Source: a bacterium
GTDB lineage: Bacteria; SAR324; JACQKK01
DNA: 64,000 nucleotides
Direction of reading: 5' to 3'
Assembly (NCBI GenBank): GCA_965240465.1
Contig: OZ251219.1
Location: forward strand, 1,535,139 to 1,599,138
A model generated the notes under the pieces. It worked only from the letters and a program-made list of their open reading frames with translations. It searched no databases and was not told the DNA's origin. The translations under genes were made by a program, and so were the position numbers. Of this stretch, positions 29,155-38,568 are shown piece by piece (the first letter of the stretch is position 1; each line of letters begins with the position of its first letter).

Positions 29155-30156
29155 ATGAAGATAGGCATTGTAGGATTATCAGGGAGTGGCAAAAGCACCT
29201 TATATCGGGCTTTGGGAGGTTCTAGCGGTGAGGTCTGTACCATAAAATCTCCTGATGAGCGAGTGGATGCCCTAGCCAAGCTGAGTGGCTCTAAAAAGCG
29301 TACCTATGTGGAGGTGAGCTTTGTTTCTTCTTCGGGAGGGAGTAATTTTCAGGCTCTGCAAGCGGATGCCCTAGTAGTAGTGTTGAGAGGCTTTGACAGC
29401 AGTACCCCTGCCTCGCCAGCAACCGAATGGAAAGAATGGGAATCCGAACTGATCTTAACCGATATGGAGCTGTTAGAAAATCGCATTTCACGGCTACACA
29501 AAGAGCATAAGCCCGAACAAAAATCAGAGCTTGAATTATTGCAGCAATGCTTGGCTCATCTGGAGAATGGTAAGCGTTTGATTAGCTTTTCACGGGATAA
29601 GCAAGCCCAAAGAATTCTAAGTGGATACTCGTTATTATCAGCTAAGCCCGTCTTGCCCCTGCTAAACTTGGATGAAAACCGCTTCACCGCTCAAGAGCGA
29701 TCGCTACAGCAATCGCTACAGCAATCGCTACAATCGCTGCAAACCGCCCCCGAATGCCAACCCATGAGCCTCTGCGCCCAACTGGAAATGGAAATAAGCC
29801 AGCTATCAGCCGAAGAACAACCCGAATTCTTAGCCAGCTTGAACCTAGAAAAACCCGTCCGAGAACGCTTTATTCAAGCTGCCTTTGGTATGTTGGATCT
29901 CATTTGCTTTTTAACCACCGGCCCCGAGGAAAGTCGTGCTTGGTCAATCTCCTCAGGGTCATCGGCTCAGCAGGCAGCAGGCAAAATCCATTCCGACATC
30001 GCCCGAGGCTTTATCCGAGCTGCGGTCATTCCCTATCAGCAGTTGCTAGAAATCGGCTCGGAAAAGGAAGCCCGCCAGCAAGGGAAAATCCGCTTGGAAG
30101 GCAAGCAGTACGTGGTTCAAAATGGCGATGTCATTCACTTCCGCTTTGCAACCTAA
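29155..30156 (+). CDS. ychF: YchF-like ATPase (degenerate N-terminal G domain, intact TGS/DUF933 domain)
   Basis: [28 protein letters not shown] and RLEGKQYVVQNGDVIHFRF motifs. Confidence 0.85.
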   Translation: MKIGIVGLSGSGKSTLYRALGGSSGEVCTIKSPDERVDALAKLSGSKKRTYVEVSFVSSSGGSNFQALQADALVVVLRGFDSSTPASPATEWKEWESELILTDMELLENRISRLHKEHKPEQKSELELLQQCLAHLENGKRLISFSRDKQAQRILSGYSLLSAKPVLPLLNLDENRFTAQERSLQQSLQQSLQSLQTAPECQPMSLCAQLEMEISQLSAEEQPEFLASLNLEKPVRERFIQAAFGMLDLICFLTTGPEESRAWSISSGSSAQQAAGKIHSDIARGFIRAAVIPYQQLLEIGSEKEARQQGKIRLEGKQYVVQNGDVIHFRFAT

Positions 30157-30184
30157 CCGCACTGCGATCCATCACTGCGATCCA

Positions 30185-32815
30185 TCAAGGGCTGCACTGA
30201 ATAGGACACTGAATATGGCTTGAAGGCTGATAACAAATGAGATCGCCTTCTACTTGAACATCGCTTTCTGCTTTATATGACTTCAGGCTGGGATATTTGC
30301 CCGCGGCGAAATCCCAATTAAAGCCATTCCAGCCATCGTAGCTACCATTATCGCAGAGCTGATTGGAGGGATCGGTAATGTTCCAAGTGCCACCAATATT
30401 GGCAGCCTCGCAGGCAGCTTGAGTATCGGGAGCTAGGTTGGTCAAGGTCTGTAGTTGCTCGGCAGTTTTGCCCCGTGCCTTAGTTGAATCCAGGGTGAGC
30501 TCCGTCCCACCGCTTAGAGAAATATCAGTGTCATAATAGCTATTGGTGATCTCACCTACGTTATTAAATATTGTTCCCACCAATCTACCTACTTTGTCTG
30601 CACCTTCCCCTCCATCAACCGCAACTAGAGCATAGCTGTCCCTAATATAGATATTTAAGAAACCTTGCTGAAAGAAGCCTTCCACCCCAAAAACCCCTAC
30701 CAAACCACCTACTGTGTCGTTACCCGTGCCACCATTAGCAGGACCAGTAGCATAACTGTTTGCAATGATGGCATTAGATACAAAACCATAAGTACTTCCT
30801 AGATTAATCCCCACCAAACCACCTACTGAATCATTATCTTCATCACCATTGACTGTACCAGTCGCATAGCTGTTTTGGATCAGCCTTCCATTATTCCCCA
30901 CCAAGCCGCCTACATTATCACTACCCGTGCCACCATTGACTGTACCAGCCGCATAGCTGTTTCTAATATAGCCGTTATTATACCCTACCAACCCCCCCAC
31001 TTTGTCATGATTAACACCGCCATAAACATCTCCAGTGGCATAACTGCCCGCAACATTACCTCCTACAATCTCCCCTACTAACCCCCCCACTCTGTCATTA
31101 CCACCTGAACCACCATAAACATCCCCAGTCGCATAACTACCTTCAACATTACTTTTGTAAAGACTCCCTACCAACCCCCCCACTTCGTTATCACTACCTG
31201 AACTGCTAGTTACATTTCCAGTGGCATGACTGTTTTTAATCAGGCTATTTTCTATAGCTAACCCTGCCAACCCGCCAACCCTGTTGGAATTACTACTGAT
31301 AATAACACTGCCCACGGCATAACTGCTTTCAATCTCACCTTTGTTTACCGTTCCCACCAAGCCACCTACAGAGTTACGCCTACCCTCATCGCCAGCAACA
31401 TCACCCGTGGCTAAGCTGTTTCTTATTATACCTTCGCTATATCCCACCAAGCCACCTACATGGTTAAACTTACCCGCACCGCCAACAACATCGCCCATGG
31501 CATAACTGTTCACGACAGTCCCATTATTGCTTCCCGCTAATCCTCCTAACTCATTACCTTCACCCGCACCACCAGTAACATCGCCAGTGGCATAGCTACT
31601 CTGGATGATACCCTCACTACGCCCTACCAACCCGCCAGCTCGCACATAATCACCATCGGCAACCGCAATCTCTAACTCAGCCGAAACATTATCTATTACC
31701 CCACCACTCCTTAACAAAGCTACCACCGCACCTACAAAATTAGGAGACGCATCCGCTCCCATTGCCCAACTGCTATAAACAAAACCTGATTCAAACGATA
31801 AGTCGCGAACCGTACCACTTAACACCGCAAAAAACCCCGTGTGTTCGGTGTCGTTATCAAGGTTGAGATTATTGATGGTATAATTACCTCCATCAAAGAC
31901 AGCCTCAAAGGGAGCATTCCCACTGCCTATTGGACTCCAATTAGACAGAGAAAGTAGCTCAATGTCGTTCACCAGTTCATAGCCATTGCACCCCGTACTC
32001 GGACAACCAATGCTAGAACCTGTATCGGCATCACTGATCTTGTAGCTATCGCCTGCCAAGTTGTAGCGAATGTTATTCAACTGAGCCAAATTAGAAATAT
32101 CAATTAAACCATCGCCATCTCTATCGGGATCTTGACCGCCCGCATCGGGGTCTTCCAAAGAATCTAGGCAACCATCCGAGTCGGCATCGTTGATGGCAGT
32201 ATCCCAGTTTTTTGCTCCTACTGGGCAATTATCGGAAGTGTCTGCTATTCCATCATTGTCATCATCGGAGTCCGCGGAATCCAATTCACCGTCATTATCA
32301 GCATCGGTACCTGCACCCTGATCTTCATCCGTGCTGGCATCCTGACAACCATCTGAATCGGCATCTTCTGCGGTGTTGCTCTGCCATAATCTCGTTCCTC
32401 TTTGGCAGCCATCTGCTGTATCTAAGATGAGGTCATTGTCATCATCAAGGTCGGTAGTATCTGGCTGGCCATCATTATCGTAATCGCTGCCTAGGCCTTG
32501 GTCCTTATCCTCTTTATGAGAATCAAAACAGCCGTCTAAGTCTTGGTCTGTGCTGGGACCACTGACGAACCCTACTGGACTGTAACGGCATAAATCTTGG
32601 CTGTTTAGGATTCCATCACCATCGGAATCCCCGCTACTTTCCACCCCCACGCCCCCGACCCCGCCACCTCCACCTACTCCTCCAGTGCTGCTACCCCCCC
32701 CCTCCCCTCCCCCCCAGCAACCACTAACGAACAAGGCTAGAACTAAGAACAAGAAATGGATGCTTCCAGTATTCTTAGAGTTCATTATTGTGCTCCTCAT
32801 TATTGTGCTTATCAT
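30185..32815 (-). CDS. Surface lipoprotein with TSP3-like Ca-binding repeats and GLUG repeats
   Basis: VSGC lipobox-like motif; DxDxDG...D.CP repeats; many VGGLVG...SYATG repeats. Confidence 0.85.
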   Translation of the reverse strand: MISTIMRSTIMNSKNTGSIHFLFLVLALFVSGCWGGGEGGGSSTGGVGGGGGVGGVGVESSGDSDGDGILNSQDLCRYSPVGFVSGPSTDQDLDGCFDSHKEDKDQGLGSDYDNDGQPDTTDLDDDNDLILDTADGCQRGTRLWQSNTAEDADSDGCQDASTDEDQGAGTDADNDGELDSADSDDDNDGIADTSDNCPVGAKNWDTAINDADSDGCLDSLEDPDAGGQDPDRDGDGLIDISNLAQLNNIRYNLAGDSYKISDADTGSSIGCPSTGCNGYELVNDIELLSLSNWSPIGSGNAPFEAVFDGGNYTINNLNLDNDTEHTGFFAVLSGTVRDLSFESGFVYSSWAMGADASPNFVGAVVALLRSGGVIDNVSAELEIAVADGDYVRAGGLVGRSEGIIQSSYATGDVTGGAGEGNELGGLAGSNNGTVVNSYAMGDVVGGAGKFNHVGGLVGYSEGIIRNSLATGDVAGDEGRRNSVGGLVGTVNKGEIESSYAVGSVIISSNSNRVGGLAGLAIENSLIKNSHATGNVTSSSGSDNEVGGLVGSLYKSNVEGSYATGDVYGGSGGNDRVGGLVGEIVGGNVAGSYATGDVYGGVNHDKVGGLVGYNNGYIRNSYAAGTVNGGTGSDNVGGLVGNNGRLIQNSYATGTVNGDEDNDSVGGLVGINLGSTYGFVSNAIIANSYATGPANGGTGNDTVGGLVGVFGVEGFFQQGFLNIYIRDSYALVAVDGGEGADKVGRLVGTIFNNVGEITNSYYDTDISLSGGTELTLDSTKARGKTAEQLQTLTNLAPDTQAACEAANIGGTWNITDPSNQLCDNGSYDGWNGFNWDFAAGKYPSLKSYKAESDVQVEGDLICYQPSSHIQCPIQCSP

Positions 32816-32861
32816 TGTTGGCTCCTCATTGTTTGGCTGTTAATGATAATAAATGTTGGGA

Positions 32862-34781
32862 TCAAGAACCAGTACATTGATTGTGGGTTTGAGAAGGCTG
32901 TTTGCAGATGAGATCGCCTTCTACTTGAACATCGCTTTCTTCCTTATATGACTTTAGGCTGGGATACTCATCAATACCTGAGAAGTCCCAATTAAAGCCA
33001 TTCCAGCCATTACTTGCACCAAATTGAGTTTCGGTGTCGGCAGCGGTGAGAGCCTTGAGGTCGGCATCATTATGTCCGATGGCTTCGGTATCGGTGGTGG
33101 TTACTTTTACATCGCCTATTTTAACTGTAAGCCTGCTGCCTTCATAATAGTAGTTGCCTGCGATGTTGGTAGGGAAGGATCTTTCTCCGACCACTTTTCC
33201 TACCTGATCAGCATAGCCTGTACCCCCATCTACACTTCCAGTGGCATAGCTGTGTTGGAGGATACCTGCTAGGTTATAGCCTACTAAGCCCCCGACTCTA
33301 TCGGAATTCCCCGCACCACCAGTTATATCACCCGTGCTATAGTTGTCCTGCAATGTCCCATTATTCCAGCCCGATATGCCCCCTACGTGATCATTAGAGC
33401 CAGCACCGCCATCAGCACCACCAGTGGCGTAGCTATTTCTAAGCATCCCTAGGTTAATTCCCACCAAGCCGCCTACTTGATCGGAATTGCCATCACTACC
33501 TTGAATTAAGCCCTTAGTGTAGCTGTTTTGGATTGTTCCATTATTAACTCCTGCTACGCCGCCTACGGAGTCATAATCATCGTTGCTACCTACAACATCA
33601 CCGATCACGGAGCTTGTCTGGATTAGGTTATCATTCATTCCTACCAAGCCGCCTACATTGTCCTTATCTCTTCCTCCGCCACTAACATTGCCTTCTGTAT
33701 GGCTATTCTCAATGGTACCACCATTGGTACCAACCAACCCGCCTATGACATCAAAACCAGCTGGACTGGTAACATCGCCTGTTGCATAGCCGTTATTGAT
33801 GCTCCCCTCGTTTAGTCCTACCAAACCACCTACGCTATCGTGATCACCAATATCCGCAGTGACTGACAACTCAGAGACAATGTTATCTAGCGTCCCGCCT
33901 ACTTGTAACAAACCCGCCACTGCCCCTACCGTGGAAACAGACAATAACTCTCCCTCGGCATACACACCGATAACCGATCCCGACTTAAACACTAGATCAC
34001 TTACCGTGCCACTCAAAACAGCAAAGAATCCCGTGTGTTGAGTGTCATTATGAACGGCAAGGTTTTTTATGGTGTTATTGTTTCCATCAAATTCGCTCCC
34101 GAAAGGTTGATCATCAGCACTTTCATCACCGCCGCATTTGTTATCTTCTCCACAGTTCCCCAAGGGTATCCAGTTGGCGATTCCAGATGTTAGGGGATAT
34201 TTTAGGACAATATCGTTCACCAGTTCATAGCCATGGCACCCCGTAAGAGGACACCCAGTGTTGCTACCTGTATCGGCATCACTGATCTTGTAGCTATCGC
34301 CTGCCAAGTTATAGCGAATGTTATTCAACTGGACCATATTTGAAATATCAATTAAACCATTGCTATCGCGGTCGGGATCTTCACCTCCTGCATCGGGATC
34401 TTCTGTGGAGTCTTGGCAACCGTCCAAATCCTTATCCTTGGTGACATCACTACTGTCCCAATTCTTGTCTCCAATAGGGCATTCGTCTAAAGGATTGCCA
34501 TTTTCGTCAAAATTGTTTATTCCATCGTTGTCAGCATCTTCGCCTGTGCCTTCGTCATGGTCTTCGTCTTTATCGCGACAGCCATCTTCGTCCTTGTCGG
34601 TGGTAGCACCACTGATCCAGTCATCGGCCCCCATGTAGCATACGTCTTTGTCATCCGAGACGCCGTCATTGTCATAGTCTGGAACAGGAACGGGAACTAT
34701 TTTGTTGGCGATACTAACGTCCCCCTCGCAGTTGACTAAGAGAAGACTAAAAACGCTTGAAAAAAATAATTGCTTTTTCAT
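32862..34781 (-). CDS. Paralogous surface lipoprotein with TSP3-like and GLUG repeats
   Basis: LLVNC lipobox-like motif; same architecture as the neighbouring gene. Confidence 0.85.
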   Translation of the reverse strand: MKKQLFFSSVFSLLLVNCEGDVSIANKIVPVPVPDYDNDGVSDDKDVCYMGADDWISGATTDKDEDGCRDKDEDHDEGTGEDADNDGINNFDENGNPLDECPIGDKNWDSSDVTKDKDLDGCQDSTEDPDAGGEDPDRDSNGLIDISNMVQLNNIRYNLAGDSYKISDADTGSNTGCPLTGCHGYELVNDIVLKYPLTSGIANWIPLGNCGEDNKCGGDESADDQPFGSEFDGNNNTIKNLAVHNDTQHTGFFAVLSGTVSDLVFKSGSVIGVYAEGELLSVSTVGAVAGLLQVGGTLDNIVSELSVTADIGDHDSVGGLVGLNEGSINNGYATGDVTSPAGFDVIGGLVGTNGGTIENSHTEGNVSGGGRDKDNVGGLVGMNDNLIQTSSVIGDVVGSNDDYDSVGGVAGVNNGTIQNSYTKGLIQGSDGNSDQVGGLVGINLGMLRNSYATGGADGGAGSNDHVGGISGWNNGTLQDNYSTGDITGGAGNSDRVGGLVGYNLAGILQHSYATGSVDGGTGYADQVGKVVGERSFPTNIAGNYYYEGSRLTVKIGDVKVTTTDTEAIGHNDADLKALTAADTETQFGASNGWNGFNWDFSGIDEYPSLKSYKEESDVQVEGDLICKQPSQTHNQCTGS

Positions 34782-34785
34782 GCTA

Positions 34786-34862
34786 TAACCATCAGGACAC
34801 TAACCATCAGGACACTAACCATCAGGACACTAACCATCAGGACACCAACCATCAGGACACTA
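34786..34862. repeat. 15-nt tandem repeat TAACCATCAGGACAC x5
   Basis: Begins 5 nt from the start codon of the upstream-reading (- strand) lipoprotein gene. Confidence 0.93.
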
Positions 34863-34943
34863 CGCCTGCATTCTAACAATAATAAGCTCAATATTCAAGT
34901 TCATTGATGTTCATGCTCCCCCCAGATCCTCGCCCTATGTTAC

Positions 34944-34985
34944 TCCATGCCTATCATCCATGCCTATCATCCATGCCTATTATCC
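34944..34985. repeat. 13-nt tandem repeat TCCATGCCTATCA x3
   Basis: Directly visible. Confidence 0.85.
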
Positions 34986-35046
34986 GATGTGTAAATCCTC
35001 GGCAATGTTACCAACAAGAATGATAAACAAAATTAGATAAAGTACT

Positions 35047-35115
35047 AGAATGCCCTGGCAAAAATAAGAATGCCCTGGCAAAAATAAGAATGCCCTAGCA
35101 GAAATAAGAATGCCC
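35047..35115. repeat. 20-nt tandem repeat AGAATGCCCTGGCAAAAATA; the 4th (partial) copy supplies the hutH ATG
   Basis: Directly visible. Confidence 0.9.
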
Positions 35116-36654
35116 GAGTATATCACCATAATCCCTGGTAAAGCCACCCTGCCAATGCTGGAACACATATGGCACAACAATCTCGCAGTAAAGCTGGAGC
35201 AATCTTGTCGCCCTGATGTGGAACGAGGAAATGCCATCATCACCAAAATTGCCCAAGGCCAAAAGCCAATCTATGGAATAAATACGGGCTTTGGTAAATT
35301 AGCCAATGTGCGTATTCCTCCCGCACAAACGGTGGCTCTACAACGAAACATTATCCTGTCCCATTGCTGCGGAGTCGGCAAACCCCTCTCCCGACAAATA
35401 GTACGTCTCACCATGGTGCTGAAAATACTGTCGCTAGAACGAGGAGCCTCTGGCATCAGTTGGCCCGTACTAGAACTGATGGCCGATTTCCTAAAGCACG
35501 ACATTCTGCCCGTTATTCCCTCGCAAGGTTCGGTAGGTGCCAGCGGCGACCTTGCACCCCTCGCACACCTGACCGCGGCTTTAATCGGGGTGGGGCAGGT
35601 ACAATATCAAGGGAAAGTGATGGATACCTCCTCCGCGCTGCAAAAAGCAAACCTCAAGCCAGTGATACTCGGCCCCAAGGAAGGACTAAGCATGATCAAC
35701 GGCACTCAGGTCTCTACCGCCCTAGCCCTAGCAGGCTTGTTTGAGGCATGGCATAACATCCGCTGTGCCATAACCTTCAGTGCCATGACCACCGATGCCA
35801 TCATGGGATCCACCGCTCCACTCCACCCTGAAATCCACCGCCTCCGCGGACATAAGGGACAAATAGACACCGCCGCAATCCTAATGGAATTACTAAAAAA
35901 CTCGGAAATTAGACAAAGCCACCAAAAAAATGATCCCCGCGTCCAAGACCCCTACTGCATCCGTTGCCAACCCCAAGTACTCGGTGCCTGCATTGACCTC
36001 CTGCGACAAGTAGCCAATACACTACTTATAGAAGCCAATGGCGTCACCGATAACCCTCTCATCGTCGCCAAAGAAGTTGCCAAAGAGGATGTCATCTCAG
36101 GCGGAAACTTCCACGCCGAACCTGTCGCCTTCGCTGCCGACCAAATCGCCCTCGCCATCGCCGAAATAGGCTCGCTAGCACAAAGGCAAGTCGCCATGCT
36201 CATAGACCCCGCCCTCAACTACGGACTGCCTCCCTTCCTCTCCTCCAACCCAGGACTACACTCAGGAATGATGATCGCTGAAATCGTCACCGCTGCTCTC
36301 ATGAGCGAAAATAAACAAAAAGCCAACCCCTGCTCCACCGACTCTATCCCAACCTCGGCTAACCAAGAAGATCACGTCTCCATGGCTTGCCACGCCGCCT
36401 TCCGACTCATAGACATGAACCAAAACCTCCGACAACTACTCAGCATTCAACTCATGATAACCTCACAAGCCATTGAATACCGACTCCCACTCAAAACATC
36501 TCCTCACCTCCAAAAAATCCTCCGCCTAGTACGAAAAACCATCCCCACCCTTAAAGAAGATCGCTTCCTCGCACAGGACATCGACAACTCAACAAAACTC
36601 ACCCAACAACCCTCATTTAATAACTTGCTCGCTCAAATTACACTGAAAGCATAG
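35110..36654 (+). CDS. hutH: Histidine ammonia-lyase
   Basis: YGINTGFG, GSVGASGDLAPL (MIO), VQDPY..RC.PQV, GGNFH and NQEDHVSM motifs. Confidence 0.96.
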   Translation: MPEYITIIPGKATLPMLEHIWHNNLAVKLEQSCRPDVERGNAIITKIAQGQKPIYGINTGFGKLANVRIPPAQTVALQRNIILSHCCGVGKPLSRQIVRLTMVLKILSLERGASGISWPVLELMADFLKHDILPVIPSQGSVGASGDLAPLAHLTAALIGVGQVQYQGKVMDTSSALQKANLKPVILGPKEGLSMINGTQVSTALALAGLFEAWHNIRCAITFSAMTTDAIMGSTAPLHPEIHRLRGHKGQIDTAAILMELLKNSEIRQSHQKNDPRVQDPYCIRCQPQVLGACIDLLRQVANTLLIEANGVTDNPLIVAKEVAKEDVISGGNFHAEPVAFAADQIALAIAEIGSLAQRQVAMLIDPALNYGLPPFLSSNPGLHSGMMIAEIVTAALMSENKQKANPCSTDSIPTSANQEDHVSMACHAAFRLIDMNQNLRQLLSIQLMITSQAIEYRLPLKTSPHLQKILRLVRKTIPTLKEDRFLAQDIDNSTKLTQQPSFNNLLAQITLKA

Positions 36655-36798
36655 CAAGGCATTAGCGAAGCACTTGGCAAAGCACTTAGCGAGGCACTTG
36701 GCAAAGCACTAAGCAAGGCACTTAGCAAGGCACTTGGCGAAGCACTTAGCAAGGCATTAGCGAGGCACTTAGCGAAGCACTTAGCAAGGCACTTGGCG
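36651..36798. repeat. ~12-nt degenerate tandem repeat GCACTTAGCAAG / GCACTTGGCAAA starting at the hutH stop
   Basis: Directly visible. Confidence 0.88.
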
Positions 36799-36909
36799 GA
36801 CAGCGAAGCTTCCCCATCCCCTCCCCCTCGGTCTTTTCTCCCATATCCTTATCTTAGGGGGCTGGGGGGTTGGAGAGCTTGGGGGGCGGGCATGTAAAAA
36901 TCAGAGGGC

Positions 36910-37162
36910 GGAATGAAAGGGAATGGTGGGGAGTGCTATTGCTCGCATGCTCCATCGGGCGGACAAAGCAAATGGGGGGCAACCCATGCATGTATGTGAA
37001 CCAGCACATATCTGAAGAGATTACGGTGCAATAGCGACCTCCTCTCTTCTTCGTCACTTGCTTCACGTCTTCACGCCTTTACGCCGGAAAACATGATAAG
37101 CCTGACTTATCGGATGTGACGAACCTCAGATCAGGCTCTTCCCACTAATTCCCTTTCATTCC
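36910..37162 (+). ncRNA. Candidate structured non-coding RNA of unknown family
   Basis: 15-bp perfect terminal stem, several internal helices, a GCAA tetraloop and two pseudoknot-like complementarities; G-U pairs favour the + strand. Confidence 0.5.
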
Positions 37163-37255
37163 TTAACATCTAATCTGTAATAAACAATGCTCACCACAGC
37201 TAAGCTGTGCTTCGCACGACTGACAGTATTCATCACAGAAATGTCTGATATTCTT

Positions 37256-37284
37256 AATCTAAGGCATGGTAGCTAGTTTGTCAA
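37256..37284 (-). promoter_or_regulatory. Putative sigma70 promoter TTGACA-N17-TAGATT pointing toward the structured element
   Basis: Consensus -35 box and 17-nt spacer. Confidence 0.45.
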
Positions 37285-37366
37285 GTTTTTTTTTGCTAGA
37301 GGGTAATTCATAGTATATTCTTATTGTGTAAAATCAAATAATTATAGATTATTATTGATTTTTTTG

Positions 37367-37395
37367 TTGACATATCCTTATAATAATGCTAGTTT
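37367..37395 (+). promoter_or_regulatory. Putative sigma70 promoter TTGACA-N17-(TGn)TAGTTT
   Basis: Consensus -35 and extended -10; preceded by the first copy of a 29-nt direct repeat. Confidence 0.45.
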
Positions 37396-37399
37396 AAGT

Positions 37400-37436
37400 T
37401 CAGTAAGAAACCTAAAATTTTTAGGTTTCTTACTGA
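37400..37436. promoter_or_regulatory. Perfect 18-bp inverted repeat with 1-nt centre (operator- or cruciform-like)
   Basis: TCAGTAAGAAACCTAAAA-T-TTTTAGGTTTCTTACTGA. Confidence 0.6.
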
Positions 37437-37509
37437 GACCAGAGAGATATGGTGTTTAACTATCTTATTGTGTAAAATCAAATAGTTATAGAAGTAATAA
37501 AATTCTGTA

Positions 37510-37538
37510 TTGACAGACATTCATAAAAAGTATATTAT
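37510..37538 (+). promoter_or_regulatory. Putative sigma70 promoter TTGACA-N17-TATTAT
   Basis: Near consensus; preceded by the second copy of the 29-nt direct repeat. Confidence 0.55.
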
Positions 37539-37622
37539 ATGAACATAATCCACGGTAGATTTTTAATTACTAGTGTGGTAGGTATATTTAATTTTTTTGT
37601 TACAATTAATGAGATGAAAATA

Positions 37623-37829
37623 ATGAACAAAAAATATTTCACAAGAGTAATACAATTTTTCAACGGTGTAATACAATTTTTCAACGGTGGTGACGGACAA
37701 AAACCTATTAGGGAAGATTTCAATAAACAAAGACCAGTAAATCCAAATACAATGGGTTGTAATAAACCAAGACCATCTACTAAGTCACCATCTATTGATC
37801 CATCACCGACTAAGCTAGTAAAAAAATAG
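37623..37829 (+). CDS. Small Pro/Lys-rich hypothetical peptide (start uncertain) with internal 21-nt duplication
   Basis: ORF lies between the promoter and the 2-TM gene; VIQFFNG x2. Confidence 0.4.
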   Translation: MNKKYFTRVIQFFNGVIQFFNGGDGQKPIREDFNKQRPVNPNTMGCNKPRPSTKSPSIDPSPTKLVKK

Positions 37830-37835
37830 AAAGTT

Positions 37836-38386
37836 ATGAACGAAAAAGAAAAGCTAGATAAACAAAAGGCACGTCTAACAGAATGCTTGTCCAGAACAGA
37901 ATTTAATCTTTATCGCTTTGAAGATGTGATGGATCGTGCTTTGTATTGTAGTAAATTTTTTCAAACCCTGCCTTATTTAGTAATTCTTGTTGCTTTTTGC
38001 CTTGTTTATATACCTAATATAAGCGGCAACATTGTTGGTCTTGTCTCTGTTATTGGAGTTGTTATTAGTGTAGCAGGGATCATAGCGTCCAATGTTTGGA
38101 GAATACACGAAAGACCCCTTCTTTATCAGAGTACAATTAATTTGTTGCTGTATCTAAGGAATCAATGGGAGATGTTACTTGCAAAAGACCAACTTATAGA
38201 TGATAAAGTCATTGAAGTTTATATGCTATGGGTACGTCTCTTGATAACAAAGTAGAGCCACCAAAAAATGAAAGACGGGAAATTATAGCCGATAATAAAG
38301 TATCTATGCAAAGAGGGGAACCCTGTATAGAAGTTCCTAGTCGCTTTGGATTCTTAAAAAGAAGAAAAAAATCATCCCGAAAATGA
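37836..38386 (+). pseudogene. Frameshifted two-TM membrane protein (SLATT-like topology)
   Basis: ORF 37836-38255 has two TMs; a shifted frame from ~38219 stays open (LYAMGTSLDNKVEPP...SSRK) to TGA 38384-38386. Confidence 0.5.
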
Positions 38387-38495
38387 GCAATGCTAATTTC
38401 AGCATTCTCCACAAAAGCTATTGACAATCGCGGTGGAATATCGGCAGGATGGTGCTTGGTGTTGATGGAGGACGGGGTTTTGCCCAAATGATAGA

Positions 38496-38568
38496 AATGT
38501 CCGCTGGGAATGTCCGACAGAAATGTCCGCTAGGAATGTCGCTAGGAATGTCCGCTAGGAATGTCGCT
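38496..38568. repeat. ~13-nt tandem repeat AATGTCCGCTAGG overlapping the atpF' start
   Basis: Directly visible. Confidence 0.85.

Noticed and set aside
36910-37162. RNase P, tmRNA, cobalamin riboswitch or hammerhead identity for the structured element
   Set aside because: No GAGGAAAGUC, no tRNA-like ends or tag ORF, no B12 box, no CUGAUGA/GAAA core; only short chance-level similarities
36654-38560. Complete retron/DRT system
   Set aside because: No reverse transcriptase ORF anywhere in the window; kept only as a speculative link
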